Origin: Sedimentisphaerales bacterium
Lineage (GTDB): Bacteria > Planctomycetota > Phycisphaerae > Sedimentisphaerales > SM23-30
NCBI GenBank assembly: GCA_963666285.1
Contig: OY762711.1
DNA length: 64,000 bases
Direction: 5' to 3' (one strand)
The position numbers and the translations under genes are program-made. Below are positions 1 to 15,000 of the stretch, piece by piece (position 1 is the first letter of the stretch; each line of letters begins with the position of its first letter). Under the pieces are notes generated by a model, which saw nothing but the letters and a program-made list of their open reading frames with translations, was not told where the DNA came from and ran no database searches.

Positions 1-3000
1 TGGGTAGAGTGGACAGTAAACCTATCGGCACCATTGGAGAGGGAGATATCGATATTCTCAAGCTGTGAATAGTAGATACCAAACCCGCTCATGCCAAGAC
101 CGGAGATCAGAGTATCAGTAAGCTGACCAATATTGGAGTTGTAATCACCAGAGTCATCAAGAGATAACAGGTCGGTTCCGGCACCACTGCCGGCGTAGAT
201 ATTCAGCCTGCCGGAGATACTGTCGAGAGTACCGGAGGTATTCGAAGAATCATGAGCATTGGAACCAACGTTAATCGTATCAGAGCCGCTACCGGTATAG
301 ATACTGGTAATATCGGTATCATTTCTCCTGACATTTATAATATCATTACCGGAGCCCAGGTAGATATTTGCATTTTCCATATCATGGAAGACTAAACCTG
401 CCGGATATACAACATTACTAATAGTTGCAGAGTCTGGCAAATTGAAACCATAGAAATTATCACCGGTTAAAACACCACTCTGTGCGGAATTAACGCTGTC
501 ATTATAGATATTCAGGGTATCCTGAGACTCCTGCTCATTTATGTCAATGCCGGTGTTATTATCGAAAGACTCATCATCTTCGTTTTCACCCGGCAAAGTA
601 ACGGGATCATACAGGGCACTAAGATCATCATCCTGACCACTCCCACCTTCAATCCTGACAGGACCGTTTATGCCGTCAAGATTGTTATTGGCAACCAGGT
701 TATCGCCAGAGCCGGTAACGACAAGATCGTTGAGATTTACACCTGCCGGTGCACCACCGATATTGAAAGTATCATTCCCGAAGCTGCCGAGCAGAACAGT
801 TGAAAATACAGAGCTGGTAGAGAGAACATAGATACTATCATCACCAAGCTCACCGTCAAGCAGCAGGGTCTCAACGTTATTCATTTTAACATCAAGTCCT
901 GCACCATAGATATGGTCCTCAGTGACAACAAAAATATCATCAAGCTCGGTACCAAAGAGTACAAGACGGTCGTTTCCATCACCACCATCAATATAAACAG
1001 GTGAATTTACGGCATATTTGAAGGTATCAACGCCCTGACCGCCAGAAATATTGGTTGTACGGTCAACGAAGGCACGAACAATAAAGGTATCATCGCCATC
1101 TTCGCCATTGAGGTTCAGAGTAGCAAGGTTATGATAGATATTAAATTCGTCATTACCATCACCAGAGTTGACAGTAGTTTCATAACTAACGCCATTGGTG
1201 AGATAACCCTGGGTAACCTTGATAGTAGCAGGTCCGGACGGCTGAGTTGCATAAAGCTGGCCGACCTGGATACGGTCTGCGCCGATTCCGGTGTTAATCT
1301 CTGTGAGAGCGGAATTATCATCTACTGCCACGGTATCATCGCCGTCAAGAGTATTGATAACCAGCTGATCGATAGCATTATTGTAAGAAATCAGCTCATA
1401 ATCATCGGCATAAAGCTGTTTGCCGTACTGATTGAAGCCGTCCGGATGGACCAGAGCGATATAGTCCAGGCGTGACAGTAAGGTATCGTCATTGCCTGTG
1501 GCATTGACAGTGAGGGTATCAGAACCAGTTATGCCGGAATCGAGTATGCTTATATCACTGCTGCCGGTACCTGAGAGATTTATAGTATAGCTATCAGAAC
1601 TATTAGCACCATCGAGCAGCCAGCTTTGAATACCGACGGTATAAGAGACTGTATTTATTACAAACTGATCGCTAGCGGTATTGCCGTATGCCTCGAGCGG
1701 CACATTAAACACATTGTTAATTTCGATGTAAGTACCGGCATTCTGACTGTCACTATCACCCTGAAGGACAATTTTCTGAGCGTTTTGGACACTATCACTA
1801 TTGTAAACATAAATATCACCGGGAACATTAAACCTGACTGTGCCGGATGGAGCCTTGATAAGATTGTCACCACCGGACAGCGATAAATCATTGCCGGAAA
1901 CCTTAGAACGATTAATAGTAAAGGTAATATCGCCGGCGGCCGATTCCATGACAAGATTATCAGTCAGGGTAAATGAACCGCTACTGTAAGCAATATCGAT
2001 ATTATTCAAGGTATTTATATTCAGTACCGGGCTATTGGCAGTATTGAAAGTAAAATCAAGGTCACTCTGGGCAGAACCAACCGCCCCGTTTGGAGCAGAG
2101 ATAAGTATATTGTCAGAAATTAGATCTCTAACAGAATCGACGATATCGTCAAGAACAGAGCCGTTATCAGTGGATAGCACAATAGCAGTATCAGATGAAA
2201 CAGTACCAACAATTATATTACCATTTGAGGTATGGATATCAACCGTACCATCAGCTGAAATTGTACCAATAACAAGGTCGGCAGCATTGAACTGTCTGGT
2301 TCCTTTGCTGATCGAACCTTCATCCTGATTGATAGTAATATCGCCCGGAGCATAAGCTGAAAGAGTACCGGTTGCGGCAATAGTAACATTAAACGGTGAA
2401 ACACCGTCAGTACTTTCGATATCGCCGGAAGATATAAGTATAACATCATCCAACGTGGCAACAGCACCGCCGGAGGAAGCAGCATCATCGAGAATACTAC
2501 CGTCAGAGACAATCCTGACTTTCCCATTCGAGTGAATTCCGGCTATAGAAATATCACCCTCTGTTTCCAGAGCAACACCACCTGCAGAATCAACAATTAT
2601 GGTTCCAGAAGCTTTAACATTGACATCAGCCCAGGTTTGTAATACCAGGCTGGTAACAACATTTATATCAGCTACAATCTGGCCGGATTTGAGGTCGGCT
2701 GTACTGCCGGAGGCATTGGTATAGTCATAGCTGAAAGGTTTCCAGGTCTGCTGATCGGAATAATCCTGGGCAGCCAGGTTAACTGACCCGTTTGCTCCCT
2801 GGTATTCATACAGGCCATACCTGGCACTGTCATACTGCATCAGTACAAGCTGGCCGGTATTAATTGAAACAACCTGATCTGTTTTTTCCAGATTGGTAAT
2901 GAAATCATAATTTATCTGAGTCCAGCCCGGATCAGTAAAGTCAACCATAGACAGGTCAACAGAATTTGCATTGGAGCCAGAGTAAACATACATGGCATAC

Positions 3001-6000
3001 TGGAAGCCAAAGATATCATCAACGGTTGCAGATGCCAGCAACTGTTTCTGGCTGTCAGTCAGCAAAGGATCATCAAAACCATTTGACAGGTCGATATAAA
3101 CCGGCTCGGTAATAAAGCCTACCTGACTATCAGTGCCAGAAGTTGTTATTGTAATATTATTGGCAGAAATATTCAGTAACTCTGCAGAAGAACCAGTACT
3201 GCCACGAACATAGGCGTCAGGATAAAGATATTTCATCAGGGACGGAGACAGAACAAAATCTGCACTCTGGAGTTCGCCGTCGGCAATTTTGGCCTGAACT
3301 TCAGGCGTCAGGTCGGCGGTATTAATCACTGAAGATGGGTTATACTGTTCGGAAATACTATCCAGAACAGAACCGGAAATCACATCAAGAACAACATCAC
3401 CGGTTTCAGAAAGAATTGATATATCAACATTATCTCTATACTCAGGCTGAAGCAGGTTAAGATCTCCGGCGACTTCGGTAACATAGATATCACCATCAGA
3501 CAGAACAGACAATCCTCCGGAACCGGCAACATCGCTATCGATCAGAAGCGGCTGAGCAGCAGAACCTACAGAGCCGTTATCAGCATATATTTCAATTCGA
3601 TTACCAGAAATAATCGAGTTCTGATCGTAAGCGATAATACCATCAGGAGCATTAATATAGATATTACCATCAGTAGTGATAGACTCAACACGAAGCTGGT
3701 TGTCATCGCTGCCGGTAGAAATAACGTTAATAACAATATCACCGGTAGTATTGAGGTTAATCGGGTCATGACCACCCTCAACATTTATAACAACAGAACC
3801 TGCCGCCAGAACCGGGTCAGTATCAGCCTTGGAAACTGAAGAAGTTTTTGTAGTACTGCCGGTAATAATTGTCGGTGAAACGCCAAACACCGCTACAGTA
3901 TCAACCCCAGAGATAGAACCGGATTTTGAATTTAAGGTAACACTGCCTTGCTCAGGAGAGGTAATATTTCCCTGCATGTAGATTGACCCGACACTGGTAA
4001 TGTTAATCGAAGGTGTATCAGAGCCATGGACAAATGTAATATCAATCGGATAATCAGCTTTGAGGGCATGCGTATAATAATCTACCTTACCGCTGATCTC
4101 TGTTATCTTGGTATGGACGGTTTTTTTCCTGAGCCAGCCACCGCCGGTAGTCCACTGAACCACACTGTAGGAACTATTAACATAGTCCTTGTCATATTTA
4201 TCTAAAGTCGGATCTTCGAATTGATCGCCAACAACAACCCCATTAGGCGTCCATAGAGTAGTATCAGTAAAATCTACGGTAGATAACAATACACTATCAA
4301 TCTGTTCGGTACCGGTAAATTTATAAACAACAAAGTTGGTATCTCTTACCTGGGTAACACCCGGTACAAGGTCTACCCCGGTATTGTCCTTCTGCTCGTA
4401 ATCAATGGCATACACGGTACCATCAGCATAGTCAGGCATCTCACTTGTACCAGCCATAACCAGTGATTCAGATTCAAGCAGCGGCTGACCGTCAATATAT
4501 TTAGTTACCTGCCAGGCATAACTGTTATCCTTACTGAGCCAATCAGCGAGGGCATTATCACCGAAAAGGTTGAAGCTGTTCTTTTCATACTTAGTAACAG
4601 TAACATCAAGCAGTTCCTGCCCCTCGACCCAGACATAATACAGGCCTTCCCTGGTTTCATATTGAATACTATCATTTATGCCATGAGTTGCAGAAGCGTT
4701 TTGGTCAAGTGTGTAGCTGATGGTAGAGACAATACCACCTTCAGAAGAGCCGGTGGAAGTCTTTTCGCCATTATATACATTTTCCAGGACAGTATCACCG
4801 CTAACTACATATTCGGTTTTGACAAGGGTAGCAGTATCAATAATAGTAATCTTACCAACCCGGTCTGTTGTAGTATCAATTTCACCAAGTATAAGCTCAT
4901 AGGCACTATTGTTAACAATTTCGACACTGGTATAGCCATGAGCAACACGGATTTCGCCGTTGCCAGTACTCATTATCTGACCAGCCAGAGTGATATTGCC
5001 ACCAGCTGGAATAATATCGTCAAGTACGATAGCCTGCTTAGCAGCATCGAAATAGCCATCAACCGGAACATTATACTCACCGAAAGAAAGGCCATCCAAA
5101 GCGTTGCCTTTGGCATCTGTGAAAGTAACAGTCTGATTGCCAGGATTGAAATCAGCATCAATAGTAAGAGTGATAGTATCAACACCACTCTGGATCAAGC
5201 CGTTAACATTGAGATAACGAGCGGTAATGGATATGTTACCCTGGGCTAGGATAGCCGAACTGCTCTGGTCAATTGCATCATCCAGCCCGGAAACACCACC
5301 GGTATAACTATAATATGTAATTGGATCGGAGCTGTTGTAGGCAGATTCTCTGAGTGCGGTATAGTCGATATACTGGCGAGGATCGCTGCCAGTATGGAGC
5401 CAGTCGTCCGAGTTCAGATTGAAATCAACACCAGCATGGATTTCAACCTGCTCAGCCCTAATTTCGCCATTTACGTTAATACTACCCTCAACATTACTGA
5501 TATATACATCACCATTTTCATTTACTATATCACCGGTAACATAAATATCCTGACTGATAGAAGGCAGATCAAGACTGCCCAGATCATAAGCACTTGCACT
5601 ATAAGCATCCTGATTAACAGTGATTTCCTTGACGGTATCGGTATCGGTAACACTGGTAAGCTGGTTGTTATTGACATAGACATTACCAGGCTGCTGAACG
5701 GTAAATATACCATCAATAATAGTAACTTTCTTATTATCGCGGATTACAGTATCATTCAGCGACATGGTAAACGGAGTCTTGTTGAGTATCTCAATCTGAG
5801 CCCCGCTGCGAGCAACAAGCTGAGTGCCAACAAGATAGTCGTAGTCAGAAGAATCCTTGCCGTCAACATCAATAAAAATTGAGCCCGGTACAGCATATAT
5901 TTCCGGCAGCTCAATAAATACTGTGTCAAGTTCGGTATTAATAACAGTCGTGGTCTGGCCGTTACTGGTAACGGTTTCAAGCAGGCCAAGATCAGTTAGA

Positions 6001-9000
6001 GCCTGGTCAATCAGGTCGAGCTGGACCTGGTAACGTGCCAGTGCCTCAGAATTTGTGGAATGGCTAACCATCCACTGGACGATAGTATTTCGCTGCTCAA
6101 CAAGTAAATTACCCATATTCACAAATGATAAGGTCGGTGCATCCATAGCAACCGGCTTGATAACATAGAATTTACCCTGCAATTCATCCTTGAATATGGC
6201 AGTAACATCACTGTCATAAACGGCATTATCTTCTACCTGTTCATCTGTCAAGGTTGCGCCAAGATGTTCCCACCTGGAGGTATCAGAGAAATCTTCATTC
6301 TGCAGAATAATACTATCAGAATTGCTTTCCAGCGAATTCAGGTCAGAGTCAGAACCAGAGCCGATATAGCTGTAGTAATGATCGACAATGCCACCGCTGT
6401 TATAACCGGAGATAACTTTAATTATCGTATCAGATGTAATATTGAAGCTAATATCATCAAGGTTTATCGCGGCATATTCATAATTCAGACTGACATCGAG
6501 GCCTAAATCGGCTTTTTCACTATCAGTTAGAGGCTGGCCTAACCTAGCAGGGTCAAGCTGAGCTTCACCATTAAGGGTCATAGGCAGAATATGCAGGAGC
6601 GTAACATTGTTTACACCGGCTTCAATACTGACAGTATCCGCGATTGTAACATCATTTACACTGGAAACAGATTTTTGGCCGGTAACCTCTTCACCATAAG
6701 GGATAAGAGATAATGACAGCGATAAACCGCTGGTAGCGGCCCTGTCAGAACCGCCCAGCCCTTCTACGGCGGTAAGCTGAACATCTTCGAGCGACCGGAT
6801 AATGGTGTTTCCGGTCAGATTGACGGTATTAGTCTCGGCGATATACGACTGCGGGTTCGGCAGTACGATATTTGGTGCCAGAGAAGCAGCTGTCAGCTCG
6901 GTATTGGCAAGGCTATCGATCAGATTTGGAATCAAACCGCTGCTTTGACCGGCGAATATGTTGATATCGCTGCCCTTGATAGTTGAATTATTAACTGTGA
7001 TGCTATTATCAGCGTGAGTATCAGCTTTGGCCTCGGCAGAAACCAGTGTGGAAACGGCCGCGATAGAAAGCATATTAGCGGAAGGATTGGCACTTGAGTT
7101 TGTCTTTGCCCCAAGAGAAACATCGCCAGAGACGTTTTCCAGGACCGCACCATCAAGGTTAATGGAGCTGTCGGTATAGGTCGTAATAACAGACTCGCCA
7201 ATCGAGAGGCCAAGCCCGGAAACAGTTTCGATCCTGATATTATCGATAGCCAGCACATCAGTTAAGGCATCGATCTGGATTATGCCGGGCGAGGAATTGC
7301 TGCCATTGGCTTTTAGCGTTGTGCCCTGTCCGACATTAACAACGGCCTGGAATTTATCATCAGATTTACCAATATCAGTAGAACTTATTAGAACAGACAC
7401 ATTGCCAATCCCGGCAGAACCGGTACGCAGGTTGCTGGAATCGGCATAGCGGTCTTTAACCAGCTTATTAACGGCATTGATAATGATAATATCAGCATCA
7501 ACAGAGGTATTTTCGCCAATATTTATATTCGCGGAGGTATAGATATCATTGTAAGCACCGGCACCAGCACCAGCAGCCAGGCCAAAGCTATAACTATCGG
7601 CACTGGAATCTACATCCTGCAGGTGATATGCGGTCAGCTGGATAGTATCAACATTTATATCAATATTGTCGCCCAGCTCAACAAGTGTATCCAACTCATC
7701 TGAGATACTGGAATTTGCACCGGCGATACCAATAGCACCGGCTGCACCGGCAACAGTATGGACATGGAGGTCATCATCACTATCAGCATAAACTGTAAGG
7801 AATGAGGTGGAAATAACAGCGTTATCCTTAATAGAGGCTTTAACAGCCCCCTCGGTAACGCTAATATCAGCTACCATAGCACCAATGGCCACACCACCGG
7901 CAGAGCCGCCATCAGCACTGGCTTCAGCGGAAATAGTCGAGACAGCTTTAACCGTTACAGAGTCATTGGTATAAATATCAGAATTACCAATATAGGCATG
8001 AGCCGACGGATTAACAGTTACGAAATTAAACGCGCCTGTACCGGCAACAATACCGGCGGCACCGGAATATACTTCGGCCCTAATATCGGCATCGATCTCG
8101 GCAAAAACTTCAAGATCGTCAACGAGCGACAGAGTCTGCTGGCCAACTTCAACACCATCTGCAATATAGGCATTAACATCGGTTGTATAGGTTGATACAG
8201 CAACAACACCGCCCAAGGCAACAAGACCAAGCGAACCGGAAACACCTTCGGTATGGATATACGGTGAGCTTAAAGCGTGAACAGTTGCCTTTTGTGCCTG
8301 GGCGATCAGTGAACCTGAGCCAATATATGCATTAACCGAACTTTCGATAGTATTGACAACAACCGAGCCGCCGAGAGCAATGGCACCAGCCTGCCCGCTA
8401 AAGGTCAGGTTGTCAATTTCAGCATTATCCGCAGCGTATACTGTGATATCGCTATCGGTCCACAAATCACTTCCGTTTACATAGGAATTTATATCGATAT
8501 CTATCGTATTTACCGAGATGGATGCTCCAACAGCACCAAGCCCGATCTGGGCAGCTCCGGCAACACCTTCGATATAGGAATTGTCTTCGGCTGAAACAGT
8601 TATATCGCCGGAAGCATAAATCTCTGAGCCATTGGTAATACAGGCCCTGGTATCGTTAACTATGGTATTGACAGAAACAGAACCGCCGACAGCTATCATG
8701 GCACCCTGACCGCTGGCAGAGATATTTTTGATATAAGGTGAATTATCAGCATAAACAGTCAGTATATTCACATCGGATACTTCAGTATTGTCAATATAGG
8801 CCTGCAGGTTGTTAGCTATGGTATTGACAGGTACCGCTATGCCATAGGAAGCCGCCGCCGCCAGCTGCACCGAACCGGCAATTGCCTCGATATGGGAATT
8901 ATCAGTTGCAGTGACATATACCCCGTCACTAATCAAATCGGAATTTTCTACTGAGGTAATATTAGAATCGACAATATACGAATTGACATCGTTTACGACA

Positions 9001-12000
9001 GTGTTGACAGCTACCGAGCCTCCCTGTGACGCAGCGGCCGAGAGCTGGCCGGAAACCGCAATATTAGCAACCGAGGCATTATCAACGGTCTCGACGCTAA
9101 CCTTTTCAGAAGCCTTAACAGTTGAATTTTCGATATAGGCGTTTATATCTTTAACCGAGGTATTTACAGAAACTGCAACACCCATAGAGGCACCACCGGC
9201 CTGAATAGCACCGGTTATGGCCGAGATTTTTGAATTATCATCAATTTTGACATTCAAAGTTCCAATATTAACATCAACTGAATCTGACAGGTATGCGGCT
9301 GATTCACTGGTGAGGGTATTAACTGCAACAGAACCGCCGACAGCAGCACCGCCAAGCTGACCGGCAACAGCAATATTATTGATCCTGGTATTGTTTTCAA
9401 CTTGAATAGCCAGTTGGTTATCAACATTAAATACGGTATTATCTGCATATGCATTGACTGTAGAATCAAGAATATTCACACTTACAGCAATACCAACGGC
9501 AGCAACACCGCCCTGGAACGAGCCGGTGATAACGCTATTATTGGAATTGTCTTTGGCAAGAATTTCAGTATCACCGGCGGTAATATTCGAGCCAAAGATA
9601 TACGACTCGGTTGTGCCGGCAACTACATTAACGGCAACAGAACCGCCAACACCTGCTATAGCGGCCTGACCGCTTATAACAATATTATATATAGTTGCTT
9701 CATTGTCAGATTCAAGATTTAGACTGTCGTAGGCAATCACTTTGCTATTGTCAATGTACGCATCTACTTCATTAGCAACAACTGAGACTGATAACGCCCC
9801 GCCAACAGCGGCAAAGGCTGCACCGTTAAAGGCGCCTGTAAAGGTGCCGTTCACAGAGAGATCATGAGCGTCGAGAGTGATATTGTCAGCAGTAACTCCT
9901 TTGTCACCGGTCGTACTGTTGGTAATATAAGCACTGGTATGATTTGCAATGGTATTAACGGCTATTGAACCGCCGACAGAAGCATAAACAGCTGCCCTGC
10001 CGCCAACAGCAACAGAGCCAAGAACAGCCAAGTTATCCGCTTTGATCATTATATCGTTTCCGGCAGACACTTCAGCCGAATCAATGTAAGCTGAGACATT
10101 ATTAACAATGGTATTAACAGAAACCGAGATACCAACCGCGGCATATACCGCGGCCTGGACCGAACCACTGGCAGAGCCAATAACGGAAGTATTTTCTGCC
10201 ATCATATCAATATTGTTATCTGCGTGAACATCTGCATTATTACTGATATACGCTTCGGTATTGCTAACGAGTGTGTTTATGGCAAAGGAACCGCCAACAG
10301 AGGCATAAATTGAAGCCTGACCGGCAACTGCGACATTACCAATTAAAGACATATTCTCAGCTTTGATTGAAATATCATTACCGGCATCAACGGTACTGCC
10401 GTCAATGTATGCCTTGACATCATTGGCAATGGTATTGACTGAAACACCCGCACCAACAGCAGCGTAGACTGCGCCCTGGCCACTACCGGATACACTGCCA
10501 ATGATAGACATATCCCCGGCATAAAGCGAGATATCGTTGGCAGCATCAACATCAGCATCGCCGCTAATACCGGCTATGGTTGAATTGGCAATGGTATTGA
10601 TCGGCAGAGAGCCGCCAACCGCGGCGTACTGGGCAATCTGACCGGCAACCGCAACATTGCCGATTACGGTGCTGTTTTCAGCATAAATATTGATTGTACC
10701 GCCGCCGGTACGAATGACCATAGTAGTTTCAGCGGCATCCGCAACATATTGCAGGTCAACTACTGACTCGGAGTCAGGATTGGTATCACTTAAAGTACCG
10801 GTAACCCGGATAGAGTAATCATCAACCACAACAACGTAATATGTTCTGCCGTCAATCAGCCCTGGCAGGAAACCAATGTCGTTGCTGCTGTAAACCAAAG
10901 TATCGCCGTCATTGAGGTTATGTGGTGATGTAAAGGTTATGGTATCTTCACTGGAAGAGACAGCGGAGGAAGGAATAAAGTCAAGAGTAATCTGTTTTTC
11001 AAAGGTATGATCACTCTCAGTAGCAGGCATTGATATAGTTACGGCATTGCCGGCAACAGCATCGGCATAACTGTCAGCGAGTTTGAAAGAATTTTCATCA
11101 ACATAAATGACATAATATTCCTCATCCTGGTCAAGACCTGTTATTGTAACCTCGCTGCCGCTATGATAGGTAACGATATCGCCTGTAGAGAGTTTATGCT
11201 TAGCCTGGGTTTGAACGACATTATTATCTATATCTGAGCCAGGCTGTACTGTCAGGCTGCTGCTGTAATTGAACTGATAATACGGGTCGAGTTCGGCAAT
11301 ATCAATTGAGGTATCTGCCTGGGCATCGTCAAGTGATTCCGCCAGTTTGATGGTTTTATTATTAACCTTTATGACATAATATGTCTTGTTAGCAGAAATA
11401 TTCTCAATTTCAGATACACCCTGGGTAAATACAATTGCATCACCGGTATCAAAACCGTGATTATTATTAAATGTGATAGTATCAAGAGAATCGCTGACAT
11501 TGACATTACTAAGGGCAAAAGAATGGAGATCGGTTGAGGTTGTATCGGCAAAGACCTTACTATTTTTTATGCCGGAGAATACATCATCTGAAACGGTATT
11601 GACAGAAACAGCCGCACCAATCGCGGCGCCGCCAACGGCAACCTGACCAGAACCGGCGACATTACCGATAACGGCAAGATCATAGGCGTTCATATCAATA
11701 TTACCGGTTGTATAAACATCCGAACCATTTATAATCGCAGCATTGATATCCTGGGCAACAGTATTGACAGTAACAGAACCGCCCAGAGCAAATTTATCAG
11801 CACCCTGACCGCCTAATGCCAGAACAGCAATAATAGAATTGCTATCTGCCAGCAGGTTGATATTAGCGGCAGTGTCGATAGTGCTATTGTCAACCAAGGC
11901 TTCAATAGTGTTGGCGACGGTACAAACCGCCACAGATGCCCCAATAGCGGCTCCACCTGTTGCAACTTGAAGCGAACCGGCAAGAGCAATGTTTATGGCA

Positions 12001-15000
12001 TAATCCTCGGCAGTAAGCTCAATATCGCCATAGGAATCAGTGTATACTACTGAGTTGTTTTGTATCCTGGCCTGGGTTTCATTTACTACTGTATTGACCG
12101 TAATAGAACCACCGAGGGCGAATTTACCTGCACCCTGACCACTGATACTGCCTGAGACAATCTCGGAAACATTAAAGGCATCCAACCTTAGAGAGCCGTT
12201 GCGTGATGACTGGCTGCCATAAATAGTATTGTCAAGGAATGACCTGGTATCAGCCACAAGGGTATTAACTGCTATGGATGCACCAATAGCAGCACCGCCG
12301 GTTGCTACCTGGATGGCACCGGAAACAGCACCAACAACAGCACAATTGAGCGAATACATATCGGCATAGTCAGACAACCAGATAAAGCTGTCTTTGGCAT
12401 AACTCTGCGTTTCTGAAACGAGGGTATTGACTACTAATGAACCACCGGCAGCAAATTTGTCTGCTCCCTGGCCGCTTATCGCGATATTGAAGATTACCGA
12501 GCCGTTTACAGCTTCCATATAGAGACTATCCCCAACATCGGAAGCACTGTTGATACTGCTGGAATCTATATATGTATTTGCATTGTTAACCAGAGTATTA
12601 ATAGATATGGCCGCCCCGGCCGAAGCCTTGCCCTTGGCAGATATCTGGAACGAACCTGCAGCAGAGGCAACAACAGAACCATCGAAGGTCTTCATGGAAA
12701 TGTCATTGGCAACAAATACACTTGAATCCTCGATATATGTCTCGGTATCGGAGGTAAGGGTATTAACCAGCACAGAGCCGCCCAGGGTAAATTCACCACC
12801 GCCCTGACCACTAACGGATAATGCAGCAGTAACAGCACCGTAGCTCGTCTGCATGTCGAGGTTATCACTGTCAGCCGAATAACCGAAAATGACATCGGAA
12901 AGATATGTATCGGTATCATATACAGTTGTACTGATAATAATTGAAGCTCCGGCGGCAACTTTGCCTTCTGAACCGGCTATCTGGATTGAACCGGCCAGTG
13001 AAACAATAACGGAGCCATCAATGGTCTTCATACCGGTATTACCAGATGGATTAACCGCGACATCATGCATAAAGGTGCTGACATCGGTAACAAGGGTGTT
13101 AACGAGAACAGAACCGCCAAGGGTGAATTTGCCACCGCCCTGGCCTGCAACGGCGAAATCAACAAATACCAGTCCGTTAACGGTAGTCATATTTATATCG
13201 TTTACAGCGTCAATAACAAGCTTCTTCAATTGATGAACAGCAGAATTATTATCTGATTGTGCCGGAGCAATATCGATGGCTGTACCTGAAAGAGCGTCTG
13301 CGCTGTCGGCAGCCAGCTTAATGGTCTGATTGTCAACTCTTATAACGTAATAGGTAGTACCATCTGAGAGACCTTCAACAGCAAGACCATCGCCATTGAG
13401 ATCATAAACGACGACATCACCAGTTTGCAGGTAATGCTCAGAAGCAAATGTGATTGTATTATCGTTATCATTAACGGCTGTGTTTGATTCCGGGTCAAAT
13501 TCGCAGTGTGTGCCTGAAATATTGGAGCTTACGTTTGCAACATAAGTCGTAACAACAACCGAAGCACCGGCTGCACCCTGGGCCTTGCTATCAGAATCCC
13601 CCTTGGTAGAGATGCCGAGAGAACCGGCAGCATAGACAACAACCGCACCATTGGTGGTATTCAGATTGATATCACCTGATGAATTAATATAAGTGGTACC
13701 ACCATCTGCTGAAATATAGGATTCCACTTCGGTTACTACTGTGCTAACCGCAATAGAAATTGGCACAGCAACTCCGCCTTTGCTGAAGCCGCCGGCAAGA
13801 GCAATACCAACACAAACAGTAGCATCAATAGTATCTATATTGATATCAGCTGCATTTACGATACTATCAGATATATAGCCGTATGCCGATTCTACCATTG
13901 TGCCAATAACAATCGAGGCACCAACGGCAGCGGTTGTGCCGGATGAAACAGCACCTGCAACAGAAATAATACCACTACCATTTAATGAATAAATATTAAC
14001 ATTACCATTGGCTGTGACAATACTGTCATCGATATAAGCTTTCGTTGTCTGGATAATATTACCGGCAGTGACAGATCCGGCAACAGCTACCCCCTTTTCG
14101 GCACGACATATGCCAAGCGAGAAGCTAAGTTCGACAATGCCGCCGATAGTCATAGAGGAAACATTGATATCACCGGCAACCGAAACTGAAGAATTCTGGA
14201 TATGAGACCTGGTACTGTCAACGATAACATTTATAGTAGCCGCCCCGGCAAAAGCAACGCCCTTCTTGGCTTCCTTTCCTGAATAAGCGACACTACCAGC
14301 AACAGAGACAATACCGGTAGTGTTAACCGCTTTGGCACTGAGAGAATCTGCTCCGGTAATATTAGCATAGTATACCGATGACTGAAGATTTTCTACAATT
14401 ATATTTGCGGTAACAGAGCCTGAAATAGAAGTACCAAACTTCGGCTGGTATTTCTCAGTATCAGGCTGAGCATCTTGGAACTTCTCGTTAAGTTTGTCCT
14501 GCTGGGCTTTATTTATCTTGCTCCAATCGATAGTTTTACCGAATAGAGTACCTGTCTCACTAACGCCGTCTACACCGCCCGGCAGCTTAGTCAAAATAGA
14601 CTTACCTATGCTGCGAGGTATAGACTTCAAGCTGTTTGAAATATCGCGCATGGTCTTCTTCGACTTGGATTCCTGACCGCTCTTGCCTTCCTGAAAAGTA
14701 CCGGCGGCAGCAATAGCAACAATCCCTCCCATATTATCAGCAGAGAGAGAAACGTTACCGGCAGAATAGAGATACCCGGTCGGGTCAGCCTCGTCCAGAT
14801 TGCCAATAATTGCACGGGTATTCCTGACAACAACATTGGCACCAATAGAAACACCAACGGCAGTGTCTTTACCCTTGGAAATAGAACCGGCGATATTGGC
14901 AACTATTGTGGTATCATCGGCATTGACCAATACCGAATCATTTGTCCCTTCGATAATTCCATTGCCAGTGGTAATCTGGGCATCACCATCAATATTAGCC

